From the NCBI GenBank assembly GCA_010015585.1, contig ML975181.1: a stretch of DNA of 64,000 nt, one strand, 5' to 3'. Source of the stretch: Eremomyces bilateralis CBS 781.70. Its lineage: Eukaryota. A model generated the notes under the pieces. It saw only the letters and a list, made by a program, of their open reading frames with translations. It searched no databases and was not told the origin of the DNA. Made by a program: the position numbers and the translations under genes. Of the stretch, positions 35,033 through 49,132 are shown piece by piece (position 1 is the stretch's first letter; every line of letters starts with the position of its first letter).

Positions 35033-37484
35033 ATGGCAGATAGCGAGAAATATGAGGTTCTGGAGAAGATCGGTACGTTGTCTCGTCTCGTCTGATGGAT
35101 GGGATGTATGCTTACAATGTGTAGGCCATGGATCATTCGGTGTCATCCAGAAGGTCAGGCGGAAGTCGGACGGCCTAGTATGTCTACACCATCCGAATAT
35201 TGCATGCTCAATCGAGGGACGCAACTGATGAATGATGCAGATCCTATGTCGGAAAGAAATCAGCTACATCAAGATGAACGAGAAGGAGAAGAGCCAGCTT
35301 CTAGCGGAGATGCAAATCCTCAAGGACGTCCGACATCCCAACATCGTTGCCTATTACGAACGCGAGCACCTCAAAAATACTCTGGACGTTTACATCTATA
35401 TGGAGTACTGCGGCAACGGCGATCTCGGCCAGTATATCAAGCGCCTGAAGACCAGGAGAGACTTCGCATCCGAGGATTTTGTCTGGAGTATCTTGTCCCA
35501 ATTGGTCACCGCACTCTACCGTTGTCATTCGGGGGAATCGCCGCCCGATGTGAAGCTGAGGTCACTGGGATTGTCCAAGGACGCAGATCCAACAAAGGGG
35601 ACCAAGATTCTTCATCGGGATCTGAAACCAGAGAATGGTAAGCGACTGTGCTAACAAGTGTTGTGTCCAACTCACTGACCGCGACTAACAGTATTCTTGG
35701 ACAACAACAATTCCGTCAAGCTGGGCGACTTCGGCCTCTCCAAAGTCCTCGGAAACGCGAAATTCGCCCAGACCTACGTTGGCACGCCGTTCTACATGTC
35801 TCCTGAGATCTGCTGTGGCGAGAACTACCAGGCATCCTCGGACGTCTGGTCCCTCGGCTGCATCATCTACGAGCTCTGCGCTCGCGAGCCCCCATTCAAT
35901 GCCATGACCCAGTTGGACCTGATCGAGAAGATCAAGAAATGCAACTTCAGGCGGATACCACAGCAGTATAGCGACGAGCTGCAAGAAGTCATCTTCCGGT
36001 GTTTGAAGAGAAACCCCAATGATCGTCCATCGACCATGGAGTTGTTGAATCATCCGAGGATCAAGCTGATGAGGAAAGAGCAGGCAATCGTGGAGTGGGC
36101 CGCGGAGCTGCAGAAACGAGAAGAGCAGCTAAATCAGAGAATTGCGGTTCAAGAGGCCGCAGGTGCGTCTGAGAGAGAAAATGCTCGACGAGAAGCGGAG
36201 ATGCGGACTAAACATGAGTGTGAGCTTCGATGCAAGTTAGAGCACGCTCGCGAGATTGAGATGATGGCTCAGCTCCGTCTCCAGGACCTACAGGCTCAAT
36301 TCGAGACCGCCGTCCAAGAAAAGGCACGGTTTGAAATTGAGATGCGGACCGCTCAAATGCAAGCCGAAGTGCGACGTCTGTCCGGAGAGACGGCTCACGA
36401 CCCATTCACTGCAACGCAATTCGGCCGATCGTCAACGCCGCCGTCAAATATGGATATCTCGAGCGATCCGAAACCAGGAGTCCAGCCAGATATCAACCTC
36501 CCATTCGAGTCGCCCCTGCAGGAGAAGAATAAATTGATCAAACCTGCAAAGCGAGTTGCCCGTACTCCATTCGGCCGAGCGCAGACGATGATCGCAACTT
36601 CGAGAGTGCAAGACTCACCAATGGACGTCACCATGGCAGATCCATCCCCGATGTCCATTGCCTGCCTCAGTTTATCACCTCGCCGTAACCAAGCCCACAG
36701 CAACAACATCCACGCCTCTAACCTTCCCCCTCCTCGCAACATCTTCGCTCAAGCCGCCGCCCACGCCGTGAGAGAGAAATGGACGAACACCACCACCACC
36801 CTCCCCTCCCCTACCCTCGAAGCCTCCGATGACTCGGACGTCGACCTCCCCCTCGACCTCGACAACAATGATGACTTCCCCTCCCCAACCCGCACCAAAC
36901 TCGGTGACCCCTTCAAATTCCCCAAAGCCACCTCCCGCCCCACCATCCAACCTCGCACTCGCACCGGCCTCACCAAGGGCCGCCTCGGCAGCGCACCCAA
37001 CCTCCACGCCGCGAAGTCCGGCAGCAGCTCCGGCTCGAACAGCAGCGAGACCACACTCGTGAACGCCTCCCAACTCAAGCGCCCCGTCAGCGCCGTCCCC
37101 GTCATCGCCGCCTCTCCCACCCGCCGCCCCGGCACCGCGCAACCCGTCAGCCCCTCCCGCGCCCGTCCGCGCAGCGTGGTGACCTCCCCGACGCGCAAGC
37201 CGCTGACAGAGAACGACGGGGCGCACGGGTTCAAGAGCAAGAAGGGGAACGACGAGATGCTGAAGGCGGCGATGCGGAATAATATCATTCAGGGCCGCAC
37301 ACTGGTGGAGTTGTCGCAGGCGCGGGGGGCGCCTGTGCCTGTGGCGGAGGGGGAGTGGGAGAAGAGGGGTGCGGCGTTGAGTGATGTGGTGGTGTGGGAT
37401 CCGGAGGTGGATGAGATGCCGAGTCCGTTTTTGGCAAGGGGGGTGAAGTCGGCCCCGGCTGGGCGGAGGGGGGTGTTTAGATGA
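35033..37484 (+). CDS. nimA: NimA/NEK family mitotic Ser/Thr protein kinase
   Basis: MADSEKYEVLEKIG|HGSFGVI, ILCRKEISY, HPNIV, MEYCGNGDL, HRDLKPEN, VKLGDFGLSK, TYVGTPFYMSPE, coiled coil, and conserved C-terminal GRTLVEL..AR and WDPEVDEMPSPF. Three introns. Confidence 0.95.
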
Positions 37485-39525
37485 GCGACGGAGCAATGCG
37501 TTGCTTGCCTTGCACCGGCCGTTCGTCGTGCATCGCTATTTTCCTTTCTTTCTCGATCTCATTGGTTATGTTCGTTGGAAGTCAAATCCCCGTTGGATAC
37601 GTCTCGGAGTCAAGGTGGTGACGAGTTATGGTCTATGGATGGCATGGCTGGAAGTTTATTTCGACCTCTTTTCTTCCGCATGGTCGTATGGCGTGCATCC
37701 CGGTGTTACTTTTCGGAAATTCGCTATTTGTTTGTGGACCTTGATATCAAGATAGAATGCCCCGTGGACGTACAAGAAATATGAAATTCAAAATGCAGAG
37801 GACTGGTTGGATGATTCGGTGACTTCGTTCAAGGACAGACTACGGGGTGAGCATCTGTTCAGGCAGGAGGAGATGAAGCAAACGACGCTATACTGATAGG
37901 GGGAGACTGGGAACTGAAGGAACATCATAATGTCCGGCGAAAGGGACAAGTACCGTATTGCAAGACAGGACTACCTGGTAATTCTAGTTTATCGATTAGT
38001 CCAGTTTGCACAATTCCCATATCCTCCCCATCCAGCCACTATCTCCCCTGCAGAGCTGCCGATCAGACCTAGACCTCACGCCGTTGAGCTGTCTGTGCCT
38101 CCGTCGATCAACACCAACCTGCCTGGCCCAGCCTGGGTAACAGTTTGATACTCATGCTCGGAGCTTTAAGACCCGACAAAAAAGTAAGACAGCCACGAGA
38201 TAACAGTAAGCATCCAATCACACCATCTAGAAGCTACAGAGTAATAATATTTACAGATGCATCATATTCACTGGCCAGACGATTCCTCCTAGACGGACGG
38301 TACGCACTAATCCCCACTTCCATCCCGGTTTCAACGCTAAATATTAGGAATACCCCATCATCCCGCACCCAGGCTAACAAACAGCAGCAAGTTTGGCATT
38401 TTGAGTGTTCGGTGCCACCAATGCGGACAGGAAAAACCGGCTCGTCGCTGCGATGAGGTTGTACAAATTACCCTAAAAGACGGATAGATGCAGAGTTGCC
38501 TGCCAAAACAGAAGTGCTCGCAATTGGAGGTTGGGATCATGACGCCCCTCGTCAGCCTGGAATGCGATCGATCCTGGCCATTGGCCGCCGCCGGGACGAT
38601 ACGAAGTGACACTTCACCTCGATGCACAGAATCTGCAAGTCAGCGAGAGGATCCATAGCAACCCTTGCTCCGCGGGTTCCCTCCCTTACCGACTACCGTC
38701 CTTCAAACTTCCCGCAGAAGCAAAGGGCTGAGGAGGGTAAGATCTCCTGGAAACCGATTCCATCTAATTCTGGATCCTGGTGTCGGGAATGCAAGGACCG
38801 CGACACGCCCCAGCGTCCATCCGATCTGGATCGACCCTCCTTGCGCCGACCGCGTCCCGTAATAGATGTTGACCGCATTTATCTCGCCGCAATAGAAGAA
38901 TGCGAAATTGACGTAGGATAGGTCGCACACGTCGGACAAGGACCTCGTCTGATCAGGTGGCGTGCCGCCACCAATATTGGGTGGTCCTGCCATCCGTCGC
39001 CCACCATCTGCAGGCGGGCGATTGTTGGAGTCGGCGGGTGTAGATACCTACGCTTCCGCGACCAATGGACTCGCATCGTCGAACGATCCCGTCCCAACCT
39101 CCCATTCGCACGGAGCTTCCAATCTCGGAGGGTGTGGCTTGATGATGTGCGATGTGGGCGGATGGGGGACGACGCGGGCCCAGGCTCGGCTGGCGTGCGG
39201 AGCTGCGATGGACAGAAACCGGGCATTACACGACTTCGCGCCTCGTCCATATCTTCGTGCAGGTGGTCGAGTTGGAGAGTGGCACGGGTTCTGCTGCGCG
39301 GTGCAATGCCTTAGAGACACAAAACCAAGTCTCTGCGCTCCTGGGCCATAGTATAGATAATTCGCTGCTCTGCATTCCCGGACACCTCATCCCTTCGACG
39401 AAGTCGTTCCACAGAAGCCTTGTCATTGGACTTCACTTGTCGTTGATCGAAATTTTTGCGGCTTTTCTGTCCACTACTGCAGTCATTGTTTCTAGCGTCA
39501 CTAGGTGGAAGCGTGGGAAGTCATC

Positions 39526-41149
39526 ATGAAGGGCCAGGCGGCTGGGACATATGAGCCAGCTCTGGTGCCTATAGCTGGAGAAATAGTCACTATCTTTCTG
39601 ACTTTGGCCACCCTCTCAGTGTTGGTATTCTGTTTAAGTGAGGAGATCGCATCGAACCGTACCATTGAGGAATTTCCGATCTAACAGCGCGGTTCAGCTC
39701 GCCGAGTCCAATCGATACGATCATGGAAGAAATTACCCATCAACGGCTGGCGTATGCGATCTCCTTCTCTCGGAGACCAGAGCAATGGTCCGCTAACCCA
39801 GTGCTGCAGTGGTGTTCCTAATATACCTTGATTCATATACGTTCGTCGTGTTCACGGCTCTGGTGGCGAAAGGTCTGGGGATAAACACTTCCCCTCAGAT
39901 ATGTGAAGGAGCCATCATCCTATGTATTGGCATCTCATTCAGCATTCAAACGACGGGCTGACACTGGCAGGCCTCATTTGCTATGTCACGACAAAGGTCA
40001 TGGTGTACTACTTCCTCGTCGAAAAAGCCGTGAGCTATAATCGAACCCAGACTAATGGACATTCACTAACAATGACGAAGTATATCATCCGAGGCAGTCG
40101 GAAACCTCGACTGAAGGACCGACTATGGAAGATAAACTTCTTTGGCATGATGTGTAAGGACTAGTGACTGCTCGGAGAGTGCGAGTACTGACAGCTTGAA
40201 GGTCCTTACTTGATTATCATCGTCCTAAACTTCGTATTGTAAGAATTCACAACCATCCCCAATTGATCAATACTAACATCTACCAGCCGGATTGCATATA
40301 TCGACGACGGTGGACAATGCATCATTGGAATGAAAAAAGCGGCCATGATTCCTTTGATAACATTCGATGTGATTGTCAACGTCAGTCGCTCCCTCAAGAA
40401 ATACTTACCATTGCTAATTCTTCGACTATAGGTCTACCTTACCATCCTTTTCCTTATCCCGCTTCGAAGTACGGTTTAGTGTTTAATGCCCCTACTTGAA
40501 TTAGACTGACGACCCTTACAGGACTTTATTCGTACAAACATGATACGAATCATTCTCTCCGCATCATGGCGCTCCGTACATTCATCGGCAGTTGCGCAAC
40601 GCTGATATCCAGCGTTGCCAATTTAACAGTCCTAATGCTGTTGAACGGAGAGCCGGGTTGGATCTGCCTCATGCTATGCAATGCAGATGGTAACTCTCCG
40701 CAGTCACTAATTCCCATGGATTCTAACTCTTGATAGTCCTATTCACCGCCATCGTCCTCCACTGGATCACATCCATCGACTCAACACGCAATACGAGCGG
40801 ATACAGCAAAAACCGCAGCGTCGGCGATGGCGACGCCACCACCCCGGCCGCCGTCTCCCAAAACCTCCGTTCGCAACGCCTCAGCATCCACGGCGAGAAC
40901 GGTCAGATCTGGCACGACGAGAACGGACTGACGAAACTGCGCTCGCAAGGCCCCTGCGTCACGACCAAGATCGTCGGCGGCGTGGACGACAGCCAGGACA
41001 ATATCGCGTTGCAGGGGATCCAAGTCCGGACGGAGCAGCGGCGGGAAGTGGAGGTGGATGGGCGGAGTGAGAGTAGTGCGAGGTCCGGGGAGAGGACGAT
41101 TGGGGTGGCGGTATCGGGGCGGGGAGACTCGACGGAGAATATTGTCTAA
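39526..41149 (+). CDS. Conserved fungal multi-pass (7TM-like) membrane protein, ~9-10 short exons
   Basis: Spliced hydrophobic segments: VPIAGEIVTIFLTLATLSVLVFC, LVFLIYLDSY.FV, CEGAIILCLICYVTTKV, YYFLVEKA|YIIRG, GQCIIGM, FDVIVN|VYLTILFLIPL, ALRTFIGSCATLISSVANL, GEPGWICLMLCNAD|VLFTAIVLHW. Canonical GT-AG introns. Confidence 0.78.
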
Positions 41150-41382
41150 TCTGAGAACGATTCTATGATGATTGCATATAGAATATAAATATGGGCTAGC
41201 GACATCATTTCGGTTGGGTGGGAGTTCATGGGAAGTGCGGTCTGCATCAGTGCGGTTAAAATCAAGCGATTGTCACGGCCTAGACCTCAATAGGAGATGG
41301 ATGAATGGATGAATAGTCATTACTTATTATTGTTCGGATTGTTCAGCGATGCTGAAAGAGTATTGTATGTGATGCTCAATCG

Positions 41383-42876
41383 CTAGGTCATTCCCCCTTT
41401 GAAGTCCCGAGCTGTTCCCAAATTCCCAACTTTTCGCCCCTCCCAACTCGCCCTCCTGATTTCCCACCCTTCCACTACAAAACTCCCTCGCTGACTACTT
41501 CCCCACGCCCTCCGAAGCCCCCTCCACTTGTCCCTGAACGTCCTGAACACATGTGCAGCCAAGCGCCCCTGCACCTGCATACACCCTCGAAGCTCCTTAT
41601 AGGAATATTTCATCAACCGCGAATTCTCGCCAACTTTGCCCGATGTATCTGCGTCCCTTTCTTTCCTTTATGAATCCATTCTCGTCCTCGCTGCTCATAC
41701 TCACCGCATGGTCCGCTAAGATCGCCACAGTGGAGGGGGACTCATCGTCTTCATCATGAGCATCCGACTCGCCATTCACGATGAACCGCAACTCTTCCAT
41801 ACGCGCCATGAGCGTTTCCTTAAAATGGTCATAGGCGAGGAACGGTACCGCCTTTTCTAAGCCCATACTCTTCTTACGGTTCTACCGGATGCCGGCGCAC
41901 CTGAGTGTGGGAAGGGCAGGTCGAGGGAGTTCATCAGGAAGGAAATTGTTCGGATTACGTGTAACATATCCAGCCATGCCCCGAAGTTCGTCAAGTAAAG
42001 TGAAGAGTCAAGAATTGGTCTTTCAGCGGGCTAATACAGATATGAAGTTTCTCACAATGTCGCCGCATACCTCCGGTGATGGGACGCCTGCATCTCAGTA
42101 CCACCGACCCAGCATCCGAAGGCGATGCCATTGCTTCACCGTGTCACCACAGCGAGCCATTTCTGATGATTCGAGCTACGCAACTAATATGAAATCTTCT
42201 CAAGACGGAACTGTTATCCCAAAATCGACCTGTCTGCTTCAGATGCCTTCATTGCACACTGATACAGATTCCAAGATGGATCTCTGGGAAGCATACGACC
42301 TGTTGAAAGGACAAAGTACGATGAATCTGAATCAATAACTGTGACATGATAGGAAAACTCGAGAGCATTCGTAGAAGACGGCAGGCAGAGCATCAAGAAA
42401 CCACGTCATTGAAGCAGACCAAGACGGATGAACGACTGTGACACGATACATAGTACCCTCGTACAAGTGCATTCAGAACTCGGAAGGGGACATAAGAGAC
42501 GACGGCAGCAACTTGAATTTTCTCATACTCTTTTCATCTCACCGGTTATGATGTCAGTAGTCAGAGCAATAAAGCATCAGATTGCGATCAAAGTTTCAGA
42601 TAAAGCGAGGAGGAAGTTGATATCCCGAGAATCCCGTGTACAAGGGATAGGGCTAATAATACATAGAACGGGGGTGGAAATATTAGTTCCCGCCTCCCAG
42701 CTGAAGTGTGATATGACTAGGAACCTGGCTGGCTGACCCCATAAATCTGATGACTGATTGCTTAATCCAAGGGGTCCATCATGGCGGGTGGTACCGCATT
42801 GATGGGGTAACCAGTCCTCTCTCCTCAACTTGAATGAGTTCAACAATCCAAACCCTATCTCAAGAAGAAAGGGCAT
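41383..42876 (-). pseudogene. Probable degraded gene of unknown family
   Basis: One protein-like frame (RLRMLGRWY*DAGVPSPEVCGDIVRNFISVLAR*KTNS*LFTLLDELRGMAGY...IR*NRKKSMGLEKAVPFLAYDHFKETLMARMEEL) broken by in-frame stops at 42095, 42023, 42008 and 41882, plus a frameshift near 41600. Boundaries approximate. Confidence 0.4.
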
Positions 42877-43355
42877 ATTACTTGAACCCGGGAATCAATC
42901 TTATTACAGCGCGACAACGTAGAAAGCTTTCACGTTTAAGGCTAATGGGCATCGTGTTGGATAGCTGACTGGGCTGATAGCGCCACAAATAAACCGGCTT
43001 GATTGCCGGGCTAGGATCAGTGGCGACTGGCGAGAAACATTTCCCGGCACGCCGGGTAATTTCAGCGAGGCTACTCCGTAATAGATCTAGGTTTGCAGTA
43101 GGGACGGGACGATAAAGTCACTCCTTTTATCTCTGGTGCTACCAGGCGATACGTGATGCAAGGGATCGCATCGCATCGAAGATTTTCTTTCTGGAGTTAC
43201 TCTTCTTAGTTCTTCCTGTTTGACAGCTTGACATCTGTGTTTGACATCTAGCTCGGGAATTATGCACTTGGGTGCGATATACTCACGTCTTCGATATCGC
43301 GAATCTTTCGGATCATTCACCCTTATAAGCTTCCGGTGACCCTAGGTCGGAACAA

Positions 43356-44840
43356 ATGCCGTCGCGACTGGCACGCAAGTAAGTTGCGATCCTATATACC
43401 CCACAAAACGAGACGATCAATATACCACGCCTTGAGTTGCCGAAGGTGGACACTCACTAACAGAACCCTTTCCGCAGTTATGCCGCCGTTGCGGTGGTCA
43501 TCCTGATATTCATCGTCAGTTTCCAACTCCTCCGCACGAGCGGCTCGGACAGCCCGACAACGTGGTCGGTCGGATCATGGAGTGCAGGCGACTGGGCATC
43601 ATTTGGGCAGCCACCCCCTTCGGCGGAATCGGCCGCGTCGACAAACCCCCTTCCTGGCCAGAGCGAGAAGGAGAAGATTGACCCGGAATCGGAATACGGA
43701 TATGGAGAACCAAGTAGTGCCGAATCCGCGTCATCTTCGTCCAACGGTGAGCCTGCGATAAACGTCGCAAATCCCCCGTGGGCGACCAACGTCCACGACC
43801 ATCAAAGCACGTCAACGACCGCCCCCGAATCTACTTCCACCATCGAAGTCCCATCCGCACCCTCGACGTCCTCCGAAACCTCCGAGACCCCCGAGGCCCC
43901 TTCTCCCTCCGATACCGTACCCCACCCCAACATCTTCAAACCCAACTTCACCGTCCCCTCCGCCCCCGTCACCTTCGACCCCTCCGGGCCCCAACCCAGC
44001 CAAATTGCCCTCCTGACCGCCACCGACGGCAAGGGCCACAACGGCGGCATCCCCAACATCGTCGAGCAGACGGCCGCCAACCGCCGCGAATACTGCGCCC
44101 ACCACGGCTACGTGTACCAGTTTGTCAACATCTCCGGCTTCGACCTCGGCGGCGCGCACGCCGTGTGGGCGAAGCTCCCCGCCATCGCGGAGACGTTCGC
44201 GAAGAACCCCGCGGTCGAGTGGGTGTGGTGGCTGGACTTGGACGCCATCATCATGACGCCGAATCGAACGATGCAGGACGTGGTGCTGTCGGAGGCGGCA
44301 CTGCGGCGGGCGTATAAGAGCGATTCGGACTTCGTGCAATACGGGAATTGGAGCGCGATCCCCGGGGCGAGGACGCGCGCGGAGGCGGATTGGCAGACAA
44401 TGGATTTTTTGATCAGTCAGGATCAGAATGGGTTGAATGCGGGAAGCTTTTTGATTCGGAGGAGCGCGTGGAGTAAGATGTTGTTGGATATGTGGGGGGA
44501 TCCGTTGTTGAGGGAGCAGGACTGGGTGGGAAAGGAGCAGGATGCTTTGGTGAGTGCTGGACCCGTTGATACACTCGCTGTTCTCTAGGTTATCTTATAC
44601 GCATTTTACTAACCATCGTGGTAGTTACATCTTGTTAAGAACCATGCCGTCATCCGCAAAAACATTGGCTTGATCCAGCAGCGAACGATCAATGGCTATT
44701 CCGAGGGCGATGGGGACATGGGCTGGCAAGTAGGCGATATTGCTGTTCATTTCGCTGGCTGTTGGGTTGCCGATGTGTGTGCAGAGCGGTGGGCGCAGTT
44801 CTGGGAGATTAGAGGTCGAGTTGGATCTGATGCGTTCTGA
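43356..44840 (+). CDS. Glycosyltransferase family 34 (MNN10/GMA12-type), type II Golgi membrane protein
   Basis: Short N-tail plus TM, S/T-rich stem, NRREYCAHHGY, VWAKLPAI, WVWWLDLDAII (DxD), QDQNGLNAGSFLIR, EQDAL, VHFAGC. Introns 43379-43477 and ~44550-44624. Confidence 0.92.
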
Positions 44841-45721
44841 GGACGAAATTTACAAGTTAAGGATTGGTTATCCGCATTTGCAAGGCGTTCGGAAGGGAAT
44901 CATACTGTATGTTAAATCTACTATGGAATCCTTACAATAGGATGATAGTGTGTATTGTCCCACGTTATTCGGCTCTCTATGCTAGAGCGTATAGTTTTTA
45001 GTCATATTAATACACAAATGGAGAGATCCAACTAACTCATTCATCATCTTGTCCTATTATTTGATTAAGCTCTCTCGATCGTACTACTATGCCTATGTGA
45101 GCGAGGAGGGATCCGTCTAGACCGCCAATGACTTCTTCCACATCGCCGGTTGGCCAAACTGTCCGATCTTCCTCCCTTAAGCCATCTATACCGGAACGAA
45201 GTTCAGCACATCGATATCTTCATAGAGCAGCGATCTATTCTCGCGGGTTCATCATGTCAATATACCCCTTATGCCCATACTTACGCCTTCATGTTGTTTC
45301 TCCAGGTGTCCTATGAATCGACGACATCGTCCCTCTCAACGTCGACAGATCTTTTTCAAAGCAGGGGTGTTTTCTCTCTTAACAATTGATTCAAGCCGAT
45401 TCCCCACTTGCTATTTGGTTCGATCCCGTAATGGGGTTCCTAGAACAGGTCTAAGACACTGAAGAACGATCCAGCGTGTATGTTCTATCCTTGCTATGTA
45501 CAGAGTCGTGATGATTCAGTTCGATTCTATATACAGCGAAAGTTCGAATGCATAGTTCATATCATAGACCCAATTCAAATGGACTTTCCAAGTCATACCT
45601 CATTTCAGTCATATCATGATCCCCAGTCCCTATTCTTTGAGTCCAAACTGGCTTGTTCATGTTTCTCACCCTTATCTATGATCGAAGGCCCGATAAGGAT
45701 ATGAATCACTAGCCAGGAGGA

Positions 45722-47320
45722 TCAAGCGGTCCATGGAATGGCACGCCTGGTACCCGAAGAGGAGCCAAAAGTTAGCACGAGAGGTCCGGCTCCGACAACG
45801 GCGGCATTCATGTTTGTCCATGTCGGGTTTTTAGTGATGGGCGTTTTCCCGTCGGCAGCCTGTACCGTGGTCCCATCCCGCAGCACCGCCGTCATGGGAT
45901 GGATATCGACGACAAAGTCCCGCGGAAAATCGACGCGATACATTGTCGGAACCGACGCTTCATGGACGTCGAAGAGGATTCCGTAGTTCGCGCCAACGGA
46001 GGTCGAGATGGTGGACGGCTTGGATACCAAGGCCCAGATGAAGACCGCGTCTTGCGGACCGGCGCTATTTCGGACGCTGGAACTGCCGTTGCCGCTGGAA
46101 CTTTGCGCGGACTTCGGGTACGGACGATACCACAGAACGGCGTGGTCAGAGGTGACGGTTGGCCGGGAGCCGGTCTTGTACCACTGGATGTAATAGGAGG
46201 TCATGGTGCGCCACGCGGCATGGGACATTCCGTAGACATAGTTGCCTTGGTCGAAGAGCTGGACAGAACCTGGACCGTCTTCGGACTTGGGAGGCAAATC
46301 GGCAATATAGGATGACTCGGCGTAGTCGTTCCAGGTGAGGATCTCGATTATATCGGGGTTCACGGTATCAATGGCATCTTCCCATCTGTATTTAAACAGA
46401 GTGTCGGAGTTCTGGACCCACGAGTCGCCGCCGAGATCCTTGAACTGCCAGGGTGCGACAGCTGCGATTTGATTAGAGTCGTTACTATCACCGATGCAAG
46501 ACGGAGACTAACCCATGATATATGGCCCAGTACGCCCTGTGGATTTCAATGCTTCCTTAAACTCGACGTCTGCCTGTGCAGTCAAGTTGCTTGGGACATC
46601 GAGTGGCCAGGCTTGCCAATTGAAGAAGCCATCAATCTCAGGAAACTGGTTAATTAAATTACGCGCACATTGATCTGGGGCGATGCGTTGGGCGTCCTGA
46701 GCGAAATCGGTAAGGGCAGGTGCAATGCTGACCTCGAACCCTCGAGATCTAGCCTGGTCCTTTACGCCTCGGAAGAGATCATTTCCGTAATTGGTTCCTG
46801 CATACGTTGAGACGAGAATCGCGCCGTTCCATTTATACATTGCTGAAGAGTCCTTGTTGGTGTTGAGTTGGTCAGCAATGAGTTCTGCCGTCCATCCCGT
46901 TCCCGAGCACCCAGGCCCGCCCGGGTAATACGCCATATCGAAGGAGTGGAAAAGCTTGAAGCCAAGTTCTTCCGCGGCAGCGAAAGCATCGGCTATGCGG
47001 TCCATTTGCCACGATAGATTGGGAGATTGACAATACGGAGGGATCCAGTTCAGAGCTATGGACTAATCAACGTAAGTTCAGTGTGATACATTCACTTGAT
47101 CTTACCAAAGCCATCAATTCCGGTCTCTTTTGCTTTGGATATTTCTGTTTCCCATTCCGCCTGGGAGTAGGAGTAGGAGTTTTGCACCTTCACATGGTCA
47201 GAAGCGTTCTCTCTAAAGTAGCTACAATGAACATACCATGAAATGGGCAAAGACATCTTTTGCACGCGCCATTTCCATGACTGAGCTGGCGGCCAGCAAT
47301 ACTAATCCTAAGGAACGCAT
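45722..47320 (-). CDS. Glycoside hydrolase family 71 alpha-1,3-glucanase (mutanase)
   Basis: Signal peptide, KDVFAHFM|VQN, AKETGIDGF|ALN, GFKLFHSFDM, DGFFNWQAWP, YIM|AVAPWQF, IEILTWNDYAESSYI. Three introns. Confidence 0.92.
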
Positions 47321-49132
47321 CTTGATTCAGCGTTATCCAAGCAATGCTATAAGGAGTGACGATAATGTGTTTCAAGGAATGATTTCAGCTAGAGGCCAAA
47401 CAATGGGCAAGAACGGGAATTTATGTTCCCCCAAACAACAACTCCGCTCTGAAGAGGTAAGCGCATGTCAAAACCCAGATATCCGGTCCAGACGGGATCT
47501 GGGGGAACCGGATATCAAAGTCCCGGCACTGAATATCATCACCAAGAGGCTGGCCATTCACTGCCATCAGCTTCATGGCCATATCGCTACGATTGGCGGA
47601 CAAAGGTAGACATGGACTCTCCTGCACTCTCCTTGGAGTGAGCCGAAAGCAATGCGTTGACTGGCAGTATACACCGAATCACACCATTCACTACCAGAGG
47701 AATGACACGAACAGGGCGGCATGCATAACGCACCTATCTTGACTCCTTTCCCTGGCGACTCAATGAGAAACCCCGGATGTAGCGGTACTTAGAAACCAAC
47801 TGTCGGAAACTAGAACACGGAGACACATGTTCAGCGCAGCAGTTTCGAAGGTTTGATGTTGAAAGTTCGGCTTTTTCAGGCACAGTAGCCGACTGGCCAA
47901 TGCGCAAGGGCGCTTGATCACAATTCATCACATCGGGGTCCACTCATCGAACTAATGCATCTCCAACCTCCATCTGCATTCAACAATCAAGTGAATGACA
48001 GCAAGGATCGAGATCACGAGGCGCAAGCCTGTCGGAAGAGCGTGAGGAGAACCGGCGAAAGGAATTCTCCTTCGCTAAGCTGTTCGTTTCGACATGCGCT
48101 GAATTTCTGATAGGCGGGGAGCTGATATCAAGTTTCGTTTCCGACGTTCCGAAACAGCGGAATTTCGATGTGGACAAATCACCAATGTATCCCCCCTCTT
48201 TCACAAGATCCAAATCGTCCGGATGGTCCAGTGTTTCCGCGCCGAGAAAATATTTGAAGAATTACGATGCGAAACTCGAAGTGCTGCATATCACACGTGA
48301 AGGGTGAGATGGAGGATGACGATTGCTGGAGCAAGTGTGGGGATGGAACGAACTCGGCGCTTGATGAAGCTGCTGGAACCCCCAAGAGCTCAGCTGCCAA
48401 AATATCTCAGTGACTCTAGCTGATATAAGTTGCTGTCCAACTTAGTCTGTCAGTTTACTCACTAAGATCTGATGTCGGAACTCGGGCGATGATAATCCAG
48501 AGACGCATTTTTCATCCTTGGGGCACAGATTGCCGTGATATTGGGTGTAACATAGCCAAGTGTTTGGAGTAGTGCTAACATGATCTGATAGTCGCTACGG
48601 TACTCACCTACCGGTTCGCGTTTGCATGATAGTGAGATCTAGAGCCAGGAGTTTCTGCCAGGGAGCAGGGAAAATCCATTCGCGGAGGCAGGTTTAGAAT
48701 ACATACGTATGTACTAGGAACCGACGCGCGATCACCAGAGAAATTAACAAACCTAGTTAGCCATCGGCTCTAGGTGGATTGGATGTGGCTAAGAACCATT
48801 TAAATGGCCCAAATGGGCATTTCGGCGAATACATCCCGGCTTTGCCAACATTTATATCCCGAAGTCCGAACATCCATCGCAAATTCGCAATGCCATGTCC
48901 GGCGCACAGACAGTAGGTGACAGCAATCCTTCAGTCATATCAGAACATTCGCGGCATTGTTTAGGCTTTTACATATTCTATTCGCCTGTGGACCATCGGT
49001 CTTTTTTCTTCCGTCAGTTTTTCCAATATCTGTCATTGGCTAGTAGAGTTCCGTCTGCTCGACTGAATTGTCCGGGTGACTTGCATACGATGTGTCTATA
49101 TATCTCCCAACCGATTACAGCTGCCCTTGATC

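Noticed and set aside
47400..49100. Short ORFs between GH71 and ADH as a possible cluster regulator or transporter
   Set aside because: No Zn2Cys6 cysteine pattern, TM helices or coherent exon chain found.
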